Notes: generated by a model from the letters alone, not told the origin. A DNA stretch of 64,000 nucleotides from Desulfosudaceae bacterium (GCA_963674745.2 CAXXDV010000003.1:1984001-2048000); one strand, 5' to 3'; shown: positions 51,418 to 61,883, numbered from the stretch's first letter. Program-made: numbers and translations.

Positions 51418-52101
51418 TTAATCCGAAACGGTTCGATCGATATCCTTTTTATCAACATGTCGGACAATCTCACCTTCCACCATGTAAATAACCTCCTCGG
51501 CAATATTGGTGGCATGGTCGGCCACGCGCTCCAGATGACGGGATATCAGGAAAAAATTCAGCAAAAAGGCTGTATTGATCTGTCTGTTGTCTCCCAGGGT
51601 TTTCAGCTCATGATAGATATCGTTCCGCATCATATCGATTTCGTCGTCAGCAAACAGCACTTCTTTTGCCGCCAGCGAATCCTTTTCCACAAAAGCGTTA
51701 AGGCTTTTACTGAGCATGTTTTTTACCTTTTTGCCCATGGGAAAATAATCATAATATTTTTCCTGTTCATCTTTTCCAACCAGCGCTTTGACCCGATGGG
51801 CCATGTTGACCGCTTCATCCGCGATCCTTTCCAGATCATTATTAATCTTAATGGTAACACCCAGAAAACGCAGGTCAATGGCAACCGGCTGGTAAAGGGC
51901 GATCGCCTTCAGGCATTCTTCCTCAATTTCCACTTCCAGCTCGTCAATCTGATAATCCGTGTCAATAATCTCCTGGGCCAGATCCTGGTCCAGGTCCCGT
52001 ATGGCGATTATCGTTTTTTGCAAGCGGTCTTCGGCCATGGCACCGAGTTCCAGCAACCGCTTTTTTAGATGTTCCAGCTCGTTTTCAAGATGTTTAGTCA
52101 T
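51418..52101 (-). CDS. phoU: Phosphate signalling protein PhoU
   Basis: YQPVAIDLR, DLERIADEAVN, LERVADHATNIAE. Start at MTKH (52101). Confidence 0.95.
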   Translation of the reverse strand: MTKHLENELEHLKKRLLELGAMAEDRLQKTIIAIRDLDQDLAQEIIDTDYQIDELEVEIEEECLKAIALYQPVAIDLRFLGVTIKINNDLERIADEAVNMAHRVKALVGKDEQEKYYDYFPMGKKVKNMLSKSLNAFVEKDSLAAKEVLFADDEIDMMRNDIYHELKTLGDNRQINTAFLLNFFLISRHLERVADHATNIAEEVIYMVEGEIVRHVDKKDIDRTVSD

Positions 52102-52117
52102 GTTTTCCCTCGTCGGC

Positions 52118-52873
52118 TTAGCCAAAGCGACCGGTTATATAGTCTTCCGTCTGTTTTTTCTCCGGCCGGGTAAACAGCGTGTCGGTTTCGCCGGACTCAA
52201 TCAGTTCGCCCAGGTAAAAAAAGGCCGTGGTATCCGACACCCGCGCTGCCTGCTGCATGTTATGGGTAACGATAATAATAGTATAGGCCTGTTTCAGCTC
52301 GTGAATCAACTCTTCAATCTTCTGCGTGGCGATGGGGTCCAACGCCGAACAGGGCTCATCCATGAGCAGGACTTCCGGTTCCACGGCCAGGGCCCGGGCA
52401 ATACATAACCGCTGCTGCTGACCGCCGGACAACCCCATGGCAGATTCGAAAAGCCGGTCTTTGACTTCCTCCCACAAGGCCGCCTTTTTCAGGCTGGTCT
52501 CGACCTTGGCCGTTATCCGGGCTTTATCCTTGACGCCGTTGATTCGTAATCCATAGGCGATGTTTTCAAAAATCGTCTTGGGAAAAGGGTTGGGCTTCTG
52601 AAAAACCATCCCGACCCGGCGGCGCAGGGTCACGTAATCCACCTTGGACCCGTAAATGGGCTCACCGTCCATGAGAATCTCACCGGTCACCCGGGAACCG
52701 TAAATCAAATCGTTCATCCGGTTCAGGCACCGGATAAAGGTGCTTTTGCCGCATCCGGACGGTCCGATCAGGGCGGTTACCCGGTTTAAATGAAAATCAA
52801 GCGTGATATCTTTTAAAGCCTGAAAATCACCGTAGTAAAAGCCAAGTCCTCTGGTTGCAATTTTAACCGTCAT
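52118..52873 (-). CDS. pstB: Phosphate ABC transporter ATPase
   Basis: [39 protein letters not shown]. Confidence 0.97.
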   Translation of the reverse strand: MTVKIATRGLGFYYGDFQALKDITLDFHLNRVTALIGPSGCGKSTFIRCLNRMNDLIYGSRVTGEILMDGEPIYGSKVDYVTLRRRVGMVFQKPNPFPKTIFENIAYGLRINGVKDKARITAKVETSLKKAALWEEVKDRLFESAMGLSGGQQQRLCIARALAVEPEVLLMDEPCSALDPIATQKIEELIHELKQAYTIIIVTHNMQQAARVSDTTAFFYLGELIESGETDTLFTRPEKKQTEDYITGRFG

Positions 52874-52878
52874 TTTTT

Positions 52879-53787
52879 TTACTCCTGAAGCTTTCGTCGT
52901 AATCGCGCCCTGATAATAATCGCAAACAGGTTCATGCCGCAGACAAGAACGATAAGTACCAGCGCGGTTCCGTACTGCAGAGGTCCGGTAACAGCGATGT
53001 TTCTGCCCTCGGTGGCCAGGGCGTAAATATGATAGGGCAAAGCCATGACCTCGTCGAATAAAGAGGTGGGCAGGACGGGGGTAAAAAACACCGCCGCCGT
53101 AAACAGGATCGGCGCGGTCTCACCGGCGGCCCTGCCCAGGCCGAGAATGGCGCCGGTCAGGATTTCAGGGATGGCGGCCGGAATGACCACCCGGTAAATG
53201 GTCTGCCACTTGGTTGCGCCCAGTCCCAGGGAAGCTTCCCGGTATGTATCCGGCACGGCTTTCAAGGCTTCCTCGGTTGCCCCGATGATCACCGGCAAAG
53301 TCATGACCCCCAGGGTCAGGGCCCCGGCCAGGAGGCTGACACCGAAATTTAATACGGTACAGAAAAAAGCCAGTCCGAACAGGCCGAAAACAATAGACGG
53401 CACCCCGGCCAGAGAGTTGATACCGAAACGGATCATCCTTAAAAAACGGCCTCTTCTGGCATATTCATGCAAATATACAGCCGTAGCAACACCGATCGGC
53501 ATGGCAAACAGAAGCGCGCCGGCGGCAAGATAAAATGTACCGATAATACAGGGCATAATACCGCCTTTGGTCATCGAGTCGGAAGGCGGTTGGGTCAGAA
53601 AATCCCAGCTGATGCTCCCGGCGCCTCTGGATATGACAAAGTATCCCACTATCAGCAAGGCGGCCGCGTTTATCAGCGTGGCCAGGCGGAACAGGTTGAA
53701 AAACAGCCCCTGCAGCATCTGACGCCGTTTCAGACGTTTAGCGATTTGTGACGTTTGCTGTTGCTTCATTACCGTATTATCACCCAT
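52879..53787 (-). CDS. pstA: Phosphate ABC transporter permease PstA
   Basis: [36 protein letters not shown]. Confidence 0.93.
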   Translation of the reverse strand: MGDNTVMKQQQTSQIAKRLKRRQMLQGLFFNLFRLATLINAAALLIVGYFVISRGAGSISWDFLTQPPSDSMTKGGIMPCIIGTFYLAAGALLFAMPIGVATAVYLHEYARRGRFLRMIRFGINSLAGVPSIVFGLFGLAFFCTVLNFGVSLLAGALTLGVMTLPVIIGATEEALKAVPDTYREASLGLGATKWQTIYRVVIPAAIPEILTGAILGLGRAAGETAPILFTAAVFFTPVLPTSLFDEVMALPYHIYALATEGRNIAVTGPLQYGTALVLIVLVCGMNLFAIIIRARLRRKLQE

Positions 53788-54681
53788 TTATCCACCGAGC
53801 TGTTTTTTCTGAAACCTGTTGGCCAAAACATCCGCCGTCAGGTTGAACAATAAGGTAAACACAAAAAGCACAATACCGATGGCAAACAAGGCATGATAAT
53901 GGGTGCTGCGAAACGGTGCTTCGGCCATCTCCGAGGCAATACTGGCCGGCATGGGACGGACCGGGTCAAACAGGGAGTGCGGTACAATAGCCGCGCCGCC
54001 GGCGACCATCAGCACCACCATGGTCTCGCCGATGGCCCTCGACATTCCCAGGATGACCGCCGTGGCAATACCCGACGCGGCAGCTGGAAGCACGATTTTA
54101 AAAATGGTTTCCAGTTTGGTGGCCCCCAAGGCCAGGGACGCTTCACGCAGGGACTTGGGCACGCTGTGAATGGCGTCCTCGGATATACTGCAAATGGTCG
54201 GTACGGCCATAAAGGCCAGCATCAGTGAGGCATTAAAAAGATTAATGCCGACGGGCACATTGAACACTTTCTGCAAAAACGGGCCGAACACCATCAGGCC
54301 GAACAGGCCGATAACCACCGAGGGCAGGGACGCCAGAATTTCCACAAAGGGCTTGACGATCTCCGCCGTGCGTTTGCCCGCAATCTCGGCGATATAAATC
54401 GCCGTCATGATCCCCAGGGGCACGGATATAATTGAGGACAGCAGGGTAACACAGGCAGAACCGGCGATCAGGGGGAGGATGCCGAACAGGGGGTCGTCAT
54501 CGGTCGGATACCATAAACTGCCGAACAGAAAATCCTTGAGTGACGTGAATTTTAATACGGGAAGTCCCTCTGCAAAAAGGAACAGGCCGATCAGCAGTAA
54601 ACTGGTGATGGAAACCAGGGCTACCACCAGAAAAAATATCTGAACGGACCTGTCTGTCGCCTGTCGTCGGGAAATTTTCAT
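53788..54681 (-). CDS. pstC: Phosphate ABC transporter permease PstC
   Basis: FGILPLIAGS, LPSVVIG, SRAIGETMVVLMVAG. Start taken at MKISRR. Confidence 0.93.
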   Translation of the reverse strand: MKISRRQATDRSVQIFFLVVALVSITSLLLIGLFLFAEGLPVLKFTSLKDFLFGSLWYPTDDDPLFGILPLIAGSACVTLLSSIISVPLGIMTAIYIAEIAGKRTAEIVKPFVEILASLPSVVIGLFGLMVFGPFLQKVFNVPVGINLFNASLMLAFMAVPTICSISEDAIHSVPKSLREASLALGATKLETIFKIVLPAAASGIATAVILGMSRAIGETMVVLMVAGGAAIVPHSLFDPVRPMPASIASEMAEAPFRSTHYHALFAIGIVLFVFTLLFNLTADVLANRFQKKQLGG

Positions 54682-54994
54682 GGCCTCAATGGTTCCTGTC
54701 CTTATTGTCGCCTCGGGCCTCGGAGACTGTGTCACAATTGTTTATTCAAAAAAAGCGACTTCCTAATTTGTCGTATAACGAACTTTCTTTGAATTTTAAT
54801 GGTAAAACCATTCCGGAAAACACTCTTTTTCCGGCTTGTTTTGAATTGCGACACAGTCTCCTCGACCCGGGGGCCAGAAAAACCGATTATATTCCTCTAT
54901 GTGCCTTCGGGGCCTGTATACCCATTTTCGTTCTGTTTCCCGGGCGCGAAGGCTCACTTGACCCCTCGAGTCCTTGAATCCTTGGCTCCTCTCG

Positions 54995-55822
54995 TTACGG
55001 CATAAACACCGGCACACTCCCCACAGCCTGCACCAGTTTCTGACCTTTGGGTGAAAACACGTAGTTGATAAAATCCAACGTAATCCCTTCCGGCCAGCCG
55101 TTGGTAAACATGTACAGGGGGCGGCTGACGCCATACTGACCACTTATGGTTGTCGTTTCGGTTCCCAGAACGCCGTCCACCTTCACCTGTTTGAGGGAAT
55201 CATTTAAGTAAGCCAGGCCGATATACCCGATGGCACCGGTGGTCTGGCCGACCGTCTGGACGGCGGCGCCATTGGAGGCAACCGTCAGCGCGCTGGGTAC
55301 AACCCGCTCTTTTTTCAACACAATATCACCCCAGACTTCATACGTCCCGGAAGAGCTGTCTCTTGAAACAACAACGATTTTTTCGTTTTTACCGCCGACG
55401 TCCTTCCAGTTGGTGATTTCCCCTTTATATATGGCCCCCAGTTGATTGATGGACAAATCCGATACCGGGTTGGCGGGATGGACCACCGGAACAATGCAAT
55501 CCATGGCAATTCTGAAAGGCACCGGATATATACCCTTGTCGCAGGCCATTTTGATCTCTTTGTCCTTGATAAACCGGGAGGCATTGGCAATATCGGTAGT
55601 ACCGTCAATAATGGCCTTGATACCGTTGCCGGAGCCGCCGCCGGAAAGGGAGACAGACACGTTTCTTTCCTGCATATAGGCTTCGGCGATTTTCTGAGCA
55701 GCCGGTAGCACGGTCGTCGACCCTTTGATGACCAGCTGTTCCGCCATGATCGGGACAACAGCAATGAACGCCGCCAGGGTTAGAACAATTGCGAATGTTA
55801 ATTTTTTTAATGTGTTTTTCAT
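54995..55822 (-). CDS. pstS: Phosphate ABC transporter substrate-binding protein
   Basis: IKGSTTV, GGGSGNG, DIANASR, SRDSSSGT, SRPLYMFT. Confidence 0.93.
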   Translation of the reverse strand: MKNTLKKLTFAIVLTLAAFIAVVPIMAEQLVIKGSTTVLPAAQKIAEAYMQERNVSVSLSGGGSGNGIKAIIDGTTDIANASRFIKDKEIKMACDKGIYPVPFRIAMDCIVPVVHPANPVSDLSINQLGAIYKGEITNWKDVGGKNEKIVVVSRDSSSGTYEVWGDIVLKKERVVPSALTVASNGAAVQTVGQTTGAIGYIGLAYLNDSLKQVKVDGVLGTETTTISGQYGVSRPLYMFTNGWPEGITLDFINYVFSPKGQKLVQAVGSVPVFMP

Positions 55823-55897
55823 TTTTTCTCCAGTAATTTTAAAATTTTGTCGATAATCAATTTTCCCTTTCTGTTACCGGTGATTATTGAAAACAAT

Positions 55898-55937
55898 CAT
55901 TAGGACAATATGAGAAAAATATTAGAATATTGTTAAG
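55898..55937 (-). promoter_or_regulatory. Putative Pho box (four direct repeats, 11-bp period) upstream of pstS
   Basis: Minus strand TTAACA-ATATT-CTAATA-TTTTT-CTCATA-TTGTC-CTAATG. Confidence 0.55.
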
Positions 55938-56161
55938 ATAAACCGGGCCGAATAACGGACCTGAAATCAACAGACAGCGCACCTGATAAGATTTCAGACG
56001 CCTGCATTATTGATACTTTACTGTAAATATTGAAAATCTGCCTGATTAAAACAAACGATTCCAGATGAACCAAATTGTTTTACATGCCAGAAGGAGGCGT
56101 ATTATGCCGGAAGGAAATTATGAGAATCTAATGTCTGAGATAAAAAGCTCGGAGGCGGTTT

Positions 56162-56206
56162 CTGAAAATCCCCGTGTCGGCAGTTCGATTCCGCCCCTCG
56201 GCACAA
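56162..56206 (+). repeat. att-like copy of the tRNA-Phe 3' part (45 bp, 3 mismatches)
   Basis: CTGAAAATCCCCGTGTCGGCAGTTCGATTCCGCCCCTCGGCACAA, preceded by the same AAGCTCGGAGGCGGTTT as at 48295. Confidence 0.92.
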
Positions 56207-56490
56207 GCAAAAAACATTGCCATATCAAATGCTTATCAAATATCATGGGGCAAGCCTTTTTTCATTGGTGCCCTGCCCCTGTGTAAATCTGTGTGTGGAT
56301 CCGAGCATGTGATCTTTGATCACCAGGTCCGGCGGTTCACTGGTTTACCGGCTCTATGAGATTTTGAGTTATACTTTTTGTATTATTTGCTGGTTCAAAA
56401 AAAATATTGGCTAACTCTCCTGATCACCGATAACGTGAATAGAAGCTTTTCTTTCTTTCCTGTCTTACAGCCAAATAATCTTGACATGAA

Positions 56491-56516
56491 TCGTTATGCC
56501 ATATATGACATAACGA
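56491..56516. promoter_or_regulatory. ModE-type operator overlapping a putative sigma-70 promoter
   Basis: TCGTTATGCCATATATGACATAACGA palindrome starting just after TTGACA (56481-56486). Confidence 0.7.
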
Positions 56517-56558
56517 CAATATGTTTTATTTATTTTTCACAAAAAAAGGGAATCAATT

Positions 56559-58028
56559 ATGCTGCAACCAAATACAAACCAGGAATCAAACATCCAACCC
56601 AATAACCCGGCGCAAAATGATGCTTCCGAATTAGAACGCGTTTTTCAGTTACAGAAGACGGCTTTCTTAAAGAACCCCCTTCCAGATGCGGAGGAACGTA
56701 TTGGCCATCTAAAAAGGCTAAAAAGAAGTCTGGTTAAATATAAAAATGAAATCGCGGACGCACTGAACAATGATTTCGGCAACCGGTGCAGAGATGAAAC
56801 ATTTCTGGCTGAACTGATCGGCGCAATTGAAGGAATTAATTATAACATACGACATGTCAAAAAATGGATGAAACCTTCCCGACGCATGCCTGGAATGATG
56901 TACATGCCGGCTTCAGCTAAAGTTTATTATCAGCCCCTGGGAGTCATCGGCATTATCGCACCCTGGAACTACCCGGTTTATCTTTCCATCGGCGGGCCAC
57001 TGGTATGCGCCCTGTCCGCAGGAAACAGAGCCGTTATGCGTATGAGCCGGTGTACGCCGCAAACCGCCGCCGTGCTGAAAAAGCTTATCGGAGAAACATT
57101 TAATGAAGATCATGTAACGCTATATGCAGGTGACGATGTTTCAGGAAGACAGTTTACCACCATACCATGGGATCATATGATATTCACGGGTTCAACAGCA
57201 GCCGGGAAAGAAGTGATGCGTGCCGCAGCAGATAATCTTACACCGGTAACCCTTGAACTGGGTGGAAAATCACCGGCCATCATCAGCCATGACGTACCAA
57301 TCAAAGACGCTTCCGAGCGGATCGCCTGGGGAAAAATGCTCAATTCCGGTCAGACCTGTGTCGCACCTGACTACGTACTCTGTCCAGAGCATCGAATATC
57401 CGATTTCATCGAATCCTTTCGTCAATCTGTTCAACGCATGTATCCAACGCTAAAAGGCAATAAAGACTATACCAGTGTGGAAAACGATCAGCAATATGGA
57501 CATCTGCAGGAACTTCTGGAAGATGCCCGGAAAAAAGGAGCAAAAATAATCGTTATCAATCCGGCTGATGAGGATTTTTCCGGTTCGCGCAAAATACCGG
57601 TTCACCTGGTACTCAACGCCACTGACGAAATGGCGCTTTTACAAAAAGAAATTTTCGGACCGATATTGCCGATTATTCCCTATAACACCCTGGAAGAGGC
57701 CATTCGTTACATAAACGACCGTCCGCGTCCCCTGGCCCTTTACTTCTTTGATTACAATCGGGGCAATGCCGAGTACGTTATCAAAAACACCCATTCCGGC
57801 GGCGTGCTGATCAACGATACCATGGTCCACGTACCTCAGGATGCCATGCCTTTCGGCGGTATTGGTCAATCGGGTATGGGGCAATACCACGGGCACGCCG
57901 GGTTTCTGGCCTTTTCTAAAGAAAAGGGGGTGTTGTTCAAACCGAAATTCAATAGCGGTAAACTGATCTATCCGCCATACGGCAGATATGTTCACAAGCT
58001 GGTTTATAAATTACTGCTCGGTGAGTGA
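56559..58028 (+). CDS. Aldehyde dehydrogenase (coniferyl aldehyde dehydrogenase / ALDH3-like)
   Basis: QPLGVIGIIAPWNYP, FTGST, TLELGGKSP, NSGQTCVAPDY, EIFGP, PFGGIGQSGMGQYHG. Confidence 0.92.
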   Translation: MLQPNTNQESNIQPNNPAQNDASELERVFQLQKTAFLKNPLPDAEERIGHLKRLKRSLVKYKNEIADALNNDFGNRCRDETFLAELIGAIEGINYNIRHVKKWMKPSRRMPGMMYMPASAKVYYQPLGVIGIIAPWNYPVYLSIGGPLVCALSAGNRAVMRMSRCTPQTAAVLKKLIGETFNEDHVTLYAGDDVSGRQFTTIPWDHMIFTGSTAAGKEVMRAAADNLTPVTLELGGKSPAIISHDVPIKDASERIAWGKMLNSGQTCVAPDYVLCPEHRISDFIESFRQSVQRMYPTLKGNKDYTSVENDQQYGHLQELLEDARKKGAKIIVINPADEDFSGSRKIPVHLVLNATDEMALLQKEIFGPILPIIPYNTLEEAIRYINDRPRPLALYFFDYNRGNAEYVIKNTHSGGVLINDTMVHVPQDAMPFGGIGQSGMGQYHGHAGFLAFSKEKGVLFKPKFNSGKLIYPPYGRYVHKLVYKLLLGE

Positions 58029-58123
58029 TTGCCGCCGTATAAATCTGACAAACAGTTTTTGTTTCTCCTCAGAGGGGACAGGATCGACCACAAACGATCT
58101 TGTTCCGCCCCCTGTCTTAGGGT

Positions 58124-60892
58124 TCATTCGATTTTATCAATACGAACGGCACAGGCCTTATATTCCGCCGTCAGCGTGATCGGATCAAAAACCGGGTTGG
58201 TAAGAAAATTGGCATTACCTTCCCGAAAATGAAAAGCCATCCATACCAGCCCCTTGGGTACTTCTGCGGTCACCCGCGCTTTGACACGGACTTCTCCCCG
58301 ACGGGACTTGACCTGAATGAGTTCACCGTCGGCAATATTCATGGCGGCCGCGTCATCAAATGAGATATCTGCCGTTTCCTCTCCAAGCAGATCATTTAAT
58401 CCTTCACAGCGCCCGGTTTGGGTTCGAGTATGATAATGATACAATCTTCTGCCCGTGCTCAACACCAGTGGGTAGGTTTCATCCGGGATCTCGGCTGGCG
58501 GCGTCCAGTCCACAGGGATCAACGCGCCCCTGCCACGGGTGAAGTTTCCGGACTGATGAAGTACAGGTGTTCCCGGATGATCTTCGGTCGGGCACGGCCA
58601 CTGCAATCCGTCACCCTCAAGGCGATAGTATTTGATCCCGGCCAGGGCAGGCGCCAGCACCGATATTTCGTTATCCCAGATTTCCTGAGCACTATTGGAC
58701 GTCCAATCCTGACCCATACGACGGGCGATTTCCTTGAATATCAACCAGTTGGGCATTGCCTGACCCGGTGCCTGACTGACGGTTCTGACCCGGTTGACCC
58801 GGCGCTCGCTGTTGGTAAAGGTTCCGTCATTTTCACTCCAAGCGGCCGCGGGCAGCACCACGTGGGCAAACCGGGTGGTCTCGGTCTGAAAGATATCCTG
58901 ACAGACCAGAAACTGGGCTGAGGCCAACTCATGTTCCACTTTATGAATGTCCGGCTCGGTGCTGGCCAGGTTTTCACCGAAGATGTAAAAAGCCTTCACT
59001 TTCCCTGACAACAGGCCTTCCATCATCTGTGGAATCATCAGGCCGTTTTTATCGGGCAGGTTTGAGACATTCCAGAACTTCTCGAATTTCTGCCGGGATT
59101 TTTCGTCGATAACGGTCTGATAGCCCGGGAATACGTTGGGAAGCGCGCCCATATCGCAGGCACCCTGAACGTTATTCTGTCCCCTCAAGGGATTAACTCC
59201 GCCGCAGGCCACGCCCATATTGCCCAGCAGCATCTGCAGATTTGCAGTGGACACAACGTTGTTACGGCCGCAAGTATGCTCGGTAATGCCCAGTGTATAG
59301 CAGAGCATGGCAGGTTTTACCGACACCAGTAGTCGGACCGTGTCATACAGCATCTGCTCGGAAATTCCGCAAATCGGGGCGACCCGCTCCGGTGGATATT
59401 CGCTGACTTTTTCCTTCAGCTCCTGAAAATTTTCGGTTCTTAATTCAACAAAATCTCTGTCATACAAGTTGTCTCGAATCAGGATATGCATCAGACCGTT
59501 TAAAAAAGCGATGTCGCTGCCCACATGAATAGGCACATGCAGGTCCGCAAAATCCACCAGACGATGGGCTCTGGGATCCACGACAATAAGTTTGGCGCCC
59601 TTCTGAACGGCATTTTTCAAAAAAGTCGATGCTACTGGATGGGCTTCGGTCATGTTGGACCCGATCACTAAAAACATTTTCGCCCGTGAAAATTCCTCAA
59701 AAGAGTTGGTCATGGCCCCGGAACCGAAAGATGCCGCCAGACCGGCGACTGTGGGGGCATGTCATGTACGGGCGCAGTGATCGATATTATTGGTCTTGAA
59801 CACCGCGCGAAAAAGTTTTTGCATCTGGTAGGAATCTTCGCTGATGCTCCTGGCGCAGCTTACACCAGCAATCGCGTCTGGCCCGTCAGTGGCAATAATC
59901 TGCTTAAACCTGTCAGCGACCAGGTTGAGGGCTTCATCCCAGGAAGATTCCCTGAATTTTCCGTTTTCCCGAATCAGCGGTGTGGTCAACCGTTCTTCGG
60001 AATAAATGAAATCATAGCCGAAACGACCTTTAACGCACAGTCGGCCTCTGTTTGGCCGACCGTTTTCCACCCCGTTCACCTTGACGATGATACCGTCCTT
60101 TACATGCAGTTCCTGCTGGCACCCCACGCCACAGTATGGACAAGTCGTCCGGACTTTTTCCACCTCCCAGGGACGCCATTTGTACACCGCCTTCTTTTCC
60201 ACCAGCGCCCCTACGGGACAGGCCTGAATACATTCACCACAAAAAACACAATTAGAATCCGCCAGTGTTTGATTGTTTCCGGTTACGATTTTTTCCTGAC
60301 CGTCCTGAGTACCGAAATCAATAACCCGATTGACCTGTACCTCGTTACAGGCGCTGACACACCTACCACACAGGATACAGCGGGAATGATCCCTTATAAT
60401 CAGTGGGTTTACGTCTTCTTTAGGCAGGGACGACCGATCGGCATAAGGTCTTTTCCCCTTTACCTGATAACGATAGAGAAGATCCTGCAATCGGCAGTCT
60501 CCCCAGACAGGGCAAAGATCATCTGTCTGTTCATATTCCCCTGCCGTTAGCTGAAAAGTAGTCCAATCAGATACGCCCTTGCTGGAAGCCGTGCAATTGT
60601 GGTTACCTGATGCGATCATGGACTCCAGGGTTTTTCTTCTAGCGGCTACCACTTTGGGTGATTCGGTTTTAACCAACATGCCTGCCTCGCAGGGTGTATT
60701 ACAGGCGGTGACCAGTTCAGCCTGCCCATGAATTTCCACCACGCAGATTTTGCATCTTGCACCGGGCGTAGTACCTTCCAGATAGCAAAGTGTGGGAATA
60801 TCTATACCATGTTCTTTTGCTACCTCAAGAATCGTCTGGCCGGAAGAAAAATTAATCTCCCGGCCGTTTAGAACCATTGTAGAATCGGACAT
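58124..60892 (-). CDS. fdhF: Selenocysteine-containing formate dehydrogenase alpha subunit (FdhF-type with N-terminal Fe-S domains), 922 aa
   Basis: The two track ORFs are in frame across TGA 59762-59764, reading [27 protein letters not shown]. Also IPTLC, CILCGRC, CVFCGECIQACP, TTCPYCGVGC, LRGQNNVQGACDMG. Confidence 0.92.
59733..59749 (-). promoter_or_regulatory. Bacterial SECIS hairpin
   Basis: GUCGCC-GGUCU-GGCGGC stem-loop 12 nt downstream of the UGA, with an fdhF-like GGUCU apex. Confidence 0.75.
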
Positions 60893-60982
60893 GCGACTTC
60901 TCCCGTAATATTAAAGAGATTTGTATGTGTTTATCCGGATCAGCCGGACGAAACTTCAAAACAAGGGAGATATCAAATGTAT

Positions 60983-61010
60983 TTCGTTATGTCAATATTG
61001 GCATAATGAA
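60983..61010. promoter_or_regulatory. ModE-type operator upstream of the FDH gene
   Basis: TTCGTTATGTCAATATTGGCATAATGAA; same motif and spacing as 56491-56516. Confidence 0.7.
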
Positions 61011-61050
61011 TAGAAACAAAAAATTTGTGCGGGGATTCTTGAAAAACAGA

Positions 61051-61434
61051 TCAGTCTTTTGGGGCGGATTTTAATCGGGGAGCAAATTTTTCATCAAAAA
61101 ACGTGTCAGCCTGTTTATTCACCTGTTGATGAAGGACGCGGAATCTTTTTATAAGAGACTGGGCCAACGGCGTTAAAGCTGATCCCCCCCCGGATGCGCC
61201 ACCGGCATTTCTGATTAAAAGCGGATACCCCAGGGCTTCTTCAGTGGTTCTGATTTTTCCCCAGATGGCCCTGTATCCCATCTTCAACTCTTTAGCAGCC
61301 GCGTTGATGGAACCACATTTTTCAATCGTGCTCAGGATACGGAAACGGCCCAGCCCGAAAATCACTTTTCCCTGATTGTCCTCTATCCATATTTTGGAAC
61401 GGATATGGAACACCTTTTTTTCTTTTTTTGTCAT
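61051..61434 (-). CDS. ModE-like winged-helix regulator (DNA-binding domain only)
   Basis: IRSKIWIE...IFGLGRFRIL...GSINAAAKELKMGYRAIWGKI...GGASGGGSALT; 127 aa, no TOBE domain. Confidence 0.85.
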   Translation of the reverse strand: MTKKEKKVFHIRSKIWIEDNQGKVIFGLGRFRILSTIEKCGSINAAAKELKMGYRAIWGKIRTTEEALGYPLLIRNAGGASGGGSALTPLAQSLIKRFRVLHQQVNKQADTFFDEKFAPRLKSAPKD

Positions 61435-61845
61435 GCATAACTCCTGTCGACCAAAGGTTGTACCTTTTGTTCTGGTCGTAGAGATATAGTGTGGTTAAAA
61501 ACAATATTAAACCAAGTTTACTTGTGTTCCTATCTCAATTTTACGTAATTTATTGATACGGCAATGGATAGCAAAGAAGCAACAGGTCAGTCAATATGTT
61601 ATCGGTTATATTTCCGACGTCAACTTACGGAAAAATTAGGGGTTCAGAAGGCTCGGAAGTTCTGACTTCTAATCCGTAGGTCGGACGATACAATTGTGAT
61701 CCAAGGCAACGCTAAGCAAAAAAATTTAACAAAACAATATGCGGTAATATGCGATTATGCTGCCAGAGTTGTACAAAAACTCGTTTAATATTCGAAAAAC
61801 TCGCATAACTTTCAGTAACATACTAATTTTACTTAAAAACCAACC

Positions 61846-61864
61846 ATTCTGTCCCTCGGCACCA
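61846..61864 (+). repeat. 19-bp copy of the tRNA-Phe 3' terminus
   Basis: ATTCTGTCCCTCGGCACCA is identical to 32053-32071. Confidence 0.85.
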
Positions 61865-61883
61865 TAAAAGATAAAGCTAGATT

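Larger units (their letters stand above)
48357..56206. mobile_element. tRNA-Phe island segment 2 (7.9 kb; pst/pho cargo; no integrase seen)
   Basis: Bounded by att-like repeats at 48312 and 56162; both ends are homologous to those of segment 1. Confidence 0.75.
56207..61864. mobile_element. tRNA-Phe island segment 3 (aldehyde dehydrogenase, Sec-FDH, ModE-like regulator)
   Basis: Left end homologous to segments 1 and 2; right-end-like motif at 61619-61663; 19-bp tRNA fragment at 61846. Confidence 0.65.

Noticed and set aside
8268..52408. Long antisense ORFs (for example 8268-9014, 9579-10313, 26847-27635, 29468-30331, 42669-43535, 51457-52068)
   Set aside because: They are shadows of well-supported genes on the opposite strand and have no recognisable motifs.
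48218..56286. Apparent small protein family (ORFs 48218-48436 and 56065-56286 share SSEAVSENPRVGSSI; also 32039-32227 and 56174-56359)
   Set aside because: The similarity arises because these frames cross the repeated tRNA fragment and the cassette ends.
59714..59764. Formate dehydrogenase pseudogene with a premature stop
   Set aside because: The TGA is in frame at the conserved Sec/Cys position and is followed by a SECIS hairpin.
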